The notes below the pieces were generated by a model, which made no database searches, was not told the origin of the DNA, and saw only the letters and a program-made list of their open reading frames with translations. The position numbers and the translations under genes are program-made. Of a DNA stretch of 55,870 nucleotides, positions 51,011-55,870 are shown piece by piece. Source of the DNA: a virus; the IMG/VR virus record IMGVR_UViG_3300000059_000001, positions 1 to 55,870 of that record; one strand, given 5' to 3'. Position 1 is the stretch's first letter, and each line of letters starts with the position of its first letter.

Positions 51011-52867
51011 ATGACAACGGAACAATTAAATAAATTAACAGCTAAAACTATTTTGGCAGAGGAGATTTTTGAGGAAGTATTTTCGCAGGAAGATGAAATA
51101 TTAAAGGCCCGTATGCTGTTGTCATTAACTGATAGGGCAGAAATATTAAAAGTAAAATCAAAATTTCTGGAATTAGTGAAAGCCTATAAACGGGTAGAAC
51201 GAGATATCCGGAAAAAAGAAAGCAAGCGCCAGTTATCGATGAATGATAACTGGACGAATTTTAGTGGTCCTTACAACAATATGTACTGCGGATCATGGAT
51301 TGCTGGAGAAGATGGCATATATGCACAAACAACCGGAACGACAGATGTTGTTGCATGTCACCATCCGATTATGCCACTAGAGAGATTGCGTAATCTGGAA
51401 ACAGGAGATGAGCAGATAAAAATTGCTTACAAGCGCAACAGTAAGTGGACAGAGATTATTGTACCAAAAACAATGATTGCGTCCGCAAACAAAATTATTT
51501 CTCTTTCTGGCAGGGGGATATTGGTGAATAGCGAGAATGCCAAGTATCTGGTGAGGTATTTGACAGACATAGAGAGCTACAATGACAGCAATATCGATGT
51601 TCGTTATTCGACGTCGAAGTTAGGATGGATTAAGGGTGGATTTATCCCCTATGATACAGACATTATTTTCGACGGGAACAGCCGTTTTAGGCAGGTTTAT
51701 GAAAGTATCGGAGAACATGGAATCAAGGAAACTTGGTATGACCATGTAAGACAGTTAAGACAAACTGGCAGGATGGAAATTAAATTTATGCTGGCAGCAT
51801 CGTTTGCAAGTGTACTAGTTGGATTACTGGGAGGGCTTCCTTTTGTTGTGGACCTTTGGGGGGAAACAGAAGGAGGTAAATCGGTTACTTTAATGTTAGC
51901 AGCATCTGTGTGGGCCGATCCGGATGAGAGTCGCTATATTGGCGATTTCAAATCCACGGAGGTTTTGCTAGAGGTGCGGGCCGATCTCCTGAATCATCTA
52001 CCAATGATGCTCGATGACACAAGTAAGGTAAGTACACGGATTCGGGATAACTTTGAAGGCTTTGTATATGATCTCTGTTCTGGAAAAGGAAAAAGTCGTT
52101 CGAACAAAGATCTCGGAATGAACAGGGAAAACCATTGGAAGAACTGTATTTTGACCAATGGGGAAAGACCTTTAAATTCATATGTGAACCAGGGTGGGGC
52201 TATAAATCGAATCATCGAAATCGAATGTAGTGAAAGTGTTTATCAAGATCCACAATATACAGCAGATCTATTAAAAAAGCATTATGGATTTGCTGGAAGA
52301 GACTTTATCAAGATCATTAATGAAATCGGACTGGATGAGATCAAAAGAATACAACAAGATTTTCAAAAGCGATTATTTGATATTGATAAAATGCAGAAAC
52401 AGAGTATTTCTTTGTCCATTGTTCTGACTGCTGATAAAATCGTCACAGATTATCTATTCAAAGATAACCAATATATCTCCATAGAGGATGCTAAAAAGGT
52501 TCTCATTGATAAAAATGAGCTTTCCGACAATGAAAGGTGCTACCAGTTTATTCTAGGCGAGATTGCTATGAATAAAGTTAGGTTTCAGTCGGATTGTCCG
52601 ACTGAACGTTGGGGGGTTATTCAGAAGGGCTATGCAATTATTATAGGAAATGTGGTAGATAATCTATGTAAAAAAGGCGGTTTCAGCAAAAAGTCTTTTC
52701 TTAATTGGGCAGATAAAAAAGGCTTATTGGAAACTCAAGGTAAGTATAAAACAAAAGTAAAAAACTTTGAGGGGCACTCGATTAAATGTGTGTTCCTCAA
52801 AATGGAAGAGGAAAAAACTGAGTTTATGAGCGTGGATGAATGCCAGGAGAGGTTGCCTTTTAATTAA
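51011..52867 (+). CDS. DUF927 / Cch-like replicative helicase (P-loop NTPase)
   Basis: N-terminal PIMPLERL...IAYKRNSKW...LSGRGILV region; Walker A GETEGGKS; Walker B-like LPMMLDDTS; C-terminal W..KKGLL...K.K motif. Confidence 0.7.
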   Translation: MTTEQLNKLTAKTILAEEIFEEVFSQEDEILKARMLLSLTDRAEILKVKSKFLELVKAYKRVERDIRKKESKRQLSMNDNWTNFSGPYNNMYCGSWIAGEDGIYAQTTGTTDVVACHHPIMPLERLRNLETGDEQIKIAYKRNSKWTEIIVPKTMIASANKIISLSGRGILVNSENAKYLVRYLTDIESYNDSNIDVRYSTSKLGWIKGGFIPYDTDIIFDGNSRFRQVYESIGEHGIKETWYDHVRQLRQTGRMEIKFMLAASFASVLVGLLGGLPFVVDLWGETEGGKSVTLMLAASVWADPDESRYIGDFKSTEVLLEVRADLLNHLPMMLDDTSKVSTRIRDNFEGFVYDLCSGKGKSRSNKDLGMNRENHWKNCILTNGERPLNSYVNQGGAINRIIEIECSESVYQDPQYTADLLKKHYGFAGRDFIKIINEIGLDEIKRIQQDFQKRLFDIDKMQKQSISLSIVLTADKIVTDYLFKDNQYISIEDAKKVLIDKNELSDNERCYQFILGEIAMNKVRFQSDCPTERWGVIQKGYAIIIGNVVDNLCKKGGFSKKSFLNWADKKGLLETQGKYKTKVKNFEGHSIKCVFLKMEEEKTEFMSVDECQERLPFN

Positions 52868-52898
52868 TGGTGACTAAAACTACCAAAGAATACAAATC

Positions 52899-53111
52899 TT
52901 GGTAATGGAGAAAATCCAGTATTTACAAGGGTTCCAGGCAATAGTTACCAAATTACCCTAGTTACTGCCGAAAACCCTACTATATACAGAAAAATAAAAA
53001 ATAGAAATTTTGATAAATATGTATATTTTTTATTTTCTTATATAGGAAAAGTGATGGTAACTTGGTAACTAAACAAGAAAAAATCCTTAAAACCCAGTAT
53101 TTGCAAGGGTT
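52899..53111. promoter_or_regulatory. Origin-like region downstream of the helicase gene
   Basis: 23-bp direct repeat aaaa(t/c)ccagtattt(a/g)caagggtt at 52911 and 53089; GGTAAC/GTTACC-type boxes; AT-rich core ~52985-53045. Confidence 0.45.
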
Positions 53112-53178
53112 AGCGGGATTACGGTTTGTGAGTAACATTATTATGAAAATGGTATTTCGGGTAATATGAGGTGAATAA

Positions 53179-53397
53179 ATGACAGAAAAAGAGTTCAAAG
53201 GAAAATACTTTGATTTAATTGGTGACGCCTATAGATTCATGTTAAAACATAAGGCGCCCACCTTGAATGATGAATACTGGGAACAACTTAGCAAAGAAGC
53301 AGATGAGTTGTATGCAAAACATGAAAAGACAGCATTTTCAAAAGAATTGATTGTAGCTATTTTATTGGAAATAGAGCGGATTGCGAAAGGAGTGTAA
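53179..53397 (+). CDS. Hypothetical protein (72 aa)
   Basis: GAGGTG SD. Confidence 0.5.
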   Translation: MTEKEFKGKYFDLIGDAYRFMLKHKAPTLNDEYWEQLSKEADELYAKHEKTAFSKELIVAILLEIERIAKGV

Positions 53398-53401
53398 GGA
53401 T

Positions 53402-53665
53402 ATGGCATTAAAAAATAAAAAACGAAACCAAGAAATATATGAATTACATAAACAGGGATATTCGGATGAGGCAATAGGCGTTAAATACAATTTGCATCCT
53501 AAAAGTGTTTATGGAATAGTTGCACCTTACAAAAAGTCTAGGTATCAACTTAAAGATGAGGAGACAAATAATTTACAACGTGCAAAGCTTCCCCCTAGAA
53601 CAGAAACGATACTGGTTAATGGGCGCTTTATGACAGATATATTTTATCAAGTCTGTGGATGGTAA
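53402..53665 (+). CDS. Small HTH protein
   Basis: AAAGGAG SD; RNQEIYELHKQGYSDEAIGVKYNLHPKSVYGIV. Confidence 0.5.
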   Translation: MALKNKKRNQEIYELHKQGYSDEAIGVKYNLHPKSVYGIVAPYKKSRYQLKDEETNNLQRAKLPPRTETILVNGRFMTDIFYQVCGW

Positions 53666-53683
53666 AAGATAGGAGGGGTAAAT

Positions 53684-54145
53684 ATGTGCATATACTGCGG
53701 TAAAAAATCATGTTTTCTAACCAAAGAGCAAGCTGTAAATTATGGTCCAATACTGGAAGATGAAACATGTGGTATAGGATGTGCATCTACAAACGATACA
53801 CCTCAGACATATGTATTCACTTCGTTTCCGGAATATTTAAGTGGCAGTGCCCTGATTCCAGATAAGGGCAATAAAAATCCACATGCTTATTTACGGTATA
53901 TATACGACCAAAAAACATGTGAAGGAGAATGGATACATCCAACAATAATAGATCCACTAAATTGGTTTACCGAAAAGGAGTTACTTGAACTGAGGTGGAC
54001 TATTCTGAAGACAATTATATTTTTGTATGTGATTTCTTTGGGATCTCAGATAGTGTACAGTTTGATCCGGGAACCCATATATGCAGGAATAGCAGCATTG
54101 TTTTTATGCTTAGGCACTATAGTGCTAATAATCAACAAAAATTGA
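53684..54145 (+). CDS. Hypothetical protein with an N-terminal Cys pair and a C-terminal double-TM anchor
   Basis: AGGAGGGG SD; CIYCGKKSC; two C-terminal hydrophobic helices. Confidence 0.5.
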   Translation: MCIYCGKKSCFLTKEQAVNYGPILEDETCGIGCASTNDTPQTYVFTSFPEYLSGSALIPDKGNKNPHAYLRYIYDQKTCEGEWIHPTIIDPLNWFTEKELLELRWTILKTIIFLYVISLGSQIVYSLIREPIYAGIAALFLCLGTIVLIINKN

Positions 54146-54159
54146 AGGAGAATAATAAA

Positions 54160-54552
54160 ATGAAAAAGAAATTTGTATTAATAATTTTAGTGCTTGCAAT
54201 AATAGGTATGGCTTTAGCTGGCTGTGATCGACAGGCTGATCGAGTATCATACAACGTTTCACAGGAGGCTGACAATTTTAATGTCATTCGCCGGCTTGTG
54301 GTTCTCAATGCCAGAACTGATAAGCCAATGTTTGAAATGGTGGGAGCATTTTCTTTCACCCTGGAAAACAACCGCATAGTTGCAATTGTAGAAACAGGGC
54401 CAGGAGAGTATAAAAAACACTCCGTTGGACTAAATGAATGGACGTTATGGTCAATTGAGGATATCAGTGGAGCTGAAGTAGATAAATATCGATATGAAGT
54501 AAATTTTCTTCCTGAAATGATCGTCCCAGTGACCTTTGTGAGTGAGGATTAA
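54160..54552 (+). CDS. Lipoprotein (beta-sandwich lipoprotein-like)
   Basis: AAGGAGAA SD; signal peptide plus lipobox MALAGC; YNVSQEADNFNVIRRL...YKKHSVGLNEW...YEVNFLPE pattern. Confidence 0.6.
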   Translation: MKKKFVLIILVLAIIGMALAGCDRQADRVSYNVSQEADNFNVIRRLVVLNARTDKPMFEMVGAFSFTLENNRIVAIVETGPGEYKKHSVGLNEWTLWSIEDISGAEVDKYRYEVNFLPEMIVPVTFVSED

Positions 54553-54586
54553 TATATTTTATCAAATTATTGAATGGTGAGTATGT

Positions 54587-54706
54587 ATGAAAAAAAAGAA
54601 GAAGGATAATTACAAGCCTAAAATATGTTATATCTGCTCCATGGAGATATACGAAGATTGCCAGTATATAAAAACAATACAGGAGGACGGCAATGACGAA
54701 CATTGA
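54587..54706 (+). CDS. Possible 39-aa Cys-containing peptide
   Basis: GGTGAG before ATG 54587; MKKKKKDNYKPKICYICSMEIYEDCQY...; overlaps the next gene's start. Confidence 0.3.
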   Translation: MKKKKKDNYKPKICYICSMEIYEDCQYIKTIQEDGNDEH

Positions 54707-55142
54707 AACTCATATTATATCATGGCTAACGATTCTGTTCTCGATATGGTTACTGGGAATGCTTCTTAAATTAATTCACCATAGACCAATTAAGGAGGGT
54801 GAGAGGTTGAAAGCAATATTACATACAAATGGGCTTGAATACGAGGATTGTTCCGTAGATAATAAAGAATTTGAACTTTGGCAGAACATTTATCATCTCA
54901 TTGATGGTGAGGAAGCTCTCATCGCTAGGGAAAACGATGATGAATATACATTAATCAGCCTGATAAATCCAGATGAAAATAAGAAATTTCACTGGTTGCT
55001 TGGGCAGGATGCTGAGTTAGGAAGTTATATTAACGACTACAAACACTTTGAAGACGATTGGGACAATGGAAACTATTCATTTGATAGTTTCATTATCTTG
55101 AATAAGCGGAATGTTGAGTTGATTCATGAAAGGGGAAAATAA
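54693..55142 (+). CDS. Membrane-anchored hypothetical protein (149 aa)
   Basis: CAGGAGGA SD; one N-terminal TM helix. Confidence 0.5.
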   Translation: MTNIETHIISWLTILFSIWLLGMLLKLIHHRPIKEGERLKAILHTNGLEYEDCSVDNKEFELWQNIYHLIDGEEALIARENDDEYTLISLINPDENKKFHWLLGQDAELGSYINDYKHFEDDWDNGNYSFDSFIILNKRNVELIHERGK

Positions 55143-55439
55143 ATGGCCTGTAAATATGCGAAACGAACAGATCAGTATCATGGATGGGAATGCACAGTAA
55201 CAGAGGGCTCATGTATGTTTATAATTCCTGATAGTAAGAGGTGTGCAGAAGAATATGATGAGGGTCCAGATGCAAATGATTATGAAAATGAAAAGTACTG
55301 GCAGTGTAATGATTGTGGGAAACGATACCCTGACACAGAAACAAGAGAGGGATGTCCTGAGTGTGGTGCCGTACTTTGTGGACATTGTTTTGACTGGGGG
55401 TGCGGTGACTGTGCATTCACGGATGGATTGGAGGATTAA
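55143..55439 (+). CDS. Cys-rich zinc-ribbon-like protein (98 aa)
   Basis: CNDCGKRY...CPECGAVLCGHCFDWGCGDC. Confidence 0.55.
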   Translation: MACKYAKRTDQYHGWECTVTEGSCMFIIPDSKRCAEEYDEGPDANDYENEKYWQCNDCGKRYPDTETREGCPECGAVLCGHCFDWGCGDCAFTDGLED

Positions 55440-55442
55440 ATT

Positions 55443-55616
55443 ATGAGTTGGAGATATGTATTTGATGCTAATAACCATTATAACATTTTAAAACAGGCCG
55501 CAGAAGCAGTAAATAAAACATACTATCAATTCTTCATTTTTAATGACAAAGTATATTTTATTACACCATCGGGCGAGTATTATCCTACACATTTTAAAAT
55601 AAGTGATTTGATTTAG
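55443..55616 (+). CDS. Small hypothetical protein (57 aa)
   Basis: GGAGGA SD before ATG 55443; below ORF-track cut-off. Confidence 0.45.
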   Translation: MSWRYVFDANNHYNILKQAAEAVNKTYYQFFIFNDKVYFITPSGEYYPTHFKISDLI

Positions 55617-55624
55617 GGGGTATT

Positions 55625-55870
55625 ATGGGATTAACAGAAAATCAAATGAGTTTGATAAAGAGCGTATCGCAAAATGATATGACAACAGCTAGAGAAATGG
55701 CAGTTAAGTGCTTAGAAGCGGATACTACAGCTAAGAACAGTAGGTTTTGTAGTCACTACAAGGATTTACTTCAAGCAAGGCAGATGTTAGAGGTTCCTGC
55801 AAACTTAACAGGGATCTTATCCATGGAAGATGTATCGAGTTCATTTTTGGAGGGCAGATATTATCTTACA
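55625..55870 (+). CDS. AAA+ ATPase, N-terminal part (continues at base 106 of the window on the circle)
   Basis: AGGGGG SD, ATG 55625; 55766 minus 55625 is 141 nt, so it is in phase with the ORF open from base 1. Confidence 0.8.
   Translation, partial: MGLTENQMSLIKSVSQNDMTTAREMAVKCLEADTTAKNSRFCSHYKDLLQARQMLEVPANLTGILSMEDVSSSFLEGRYYLT
55766..55870. repeat. Terminal overlap copy 2 (identical to 1-105)
   Basis: Same 105 nt as the window start. Confidence 0.9.

Larger units (their letters stand above)
1..55765. mobile_element. Complete circular conjugative plasmid-like replicon (unit length 55,765 bp)
   Basis: 1-105 identical to 55766-55870; ORF continuous across the junction; rep/par, T4SS and adhesin-sortase modules; no housekeeping genes seen. 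Confidence 0.8.

Noticed and set aside
43700-55616. Possible prophage or phage-plasmid, given the CI/Cro, antirepressor and primase-helicase genes
   Set aside because: I could recognise no terminase, portal, capsid, tail, holin or endolysin genes in any frame. The element carries a full conjugation system instead.

Overview
The window is one complete, visibly AT-rich, circular plasmid-like replicon. Bases 1-105 recur exactly at 55766-55870 and an AAA+ ATPase ORF reads in frame through that junction, so the unit is 55,765 bp. GGAGG-type Shine-Dalgarno sites, an LPXTG adhesin with a sortase, and a Tcp/Tn916-type conjugation cluster point to a Firmicutes (Clostridia-like) host. Modules in order: (i) 55.6->4.9 kb: orphan DNA methyltransferases, a Lar-type protein and a PAPS-reductase-like enzyme. 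(ii) 5-9 kb: small membrane proteins, two sigma-region-4-like regulators, a 49-aa helical-hairpin protein, and a 0.5-kb non-coding region with palindromes and a polypurine, G-run-rich tract. (iii) 9.7-22.3 kb: DUF4417-like, JAB-like and tyrosine-recombinase-like proteins, then a tcpA-C-D-E-F-G-H-like T4SS. (iv) 22.3-31 kb: Uma2-like nuclease, Big_2 protein, ~1,780-aa thioester/CnaB-type LPXTG adhesin and sortase. (v) 31-37 kb, minus strand: ParA, an RHH partner, a Rep-like protein with an antisense-RNA arrangement, a replication-relaxation-like protein and repeat clusters. (vi) 37-43.6 kb, minus strand: co-oriented small, mostly unknown genes plus a structured 0.3-kb non-coding element, resembling a leading-region/anti-defence island. 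(vii) 43.7-55.6 kb, plus strand: a phage-like repressor switch, a CHC2 zinc-finger plus DUF927/Cch-like helicase module, and small unknown genes. I saw no rRNA, tRNA, CRISPR array, transposase or phage structural gene. All family assignments come from motif recognition by eye, not from searches. Start codons were chosen from SD spacing and many are uncertain.
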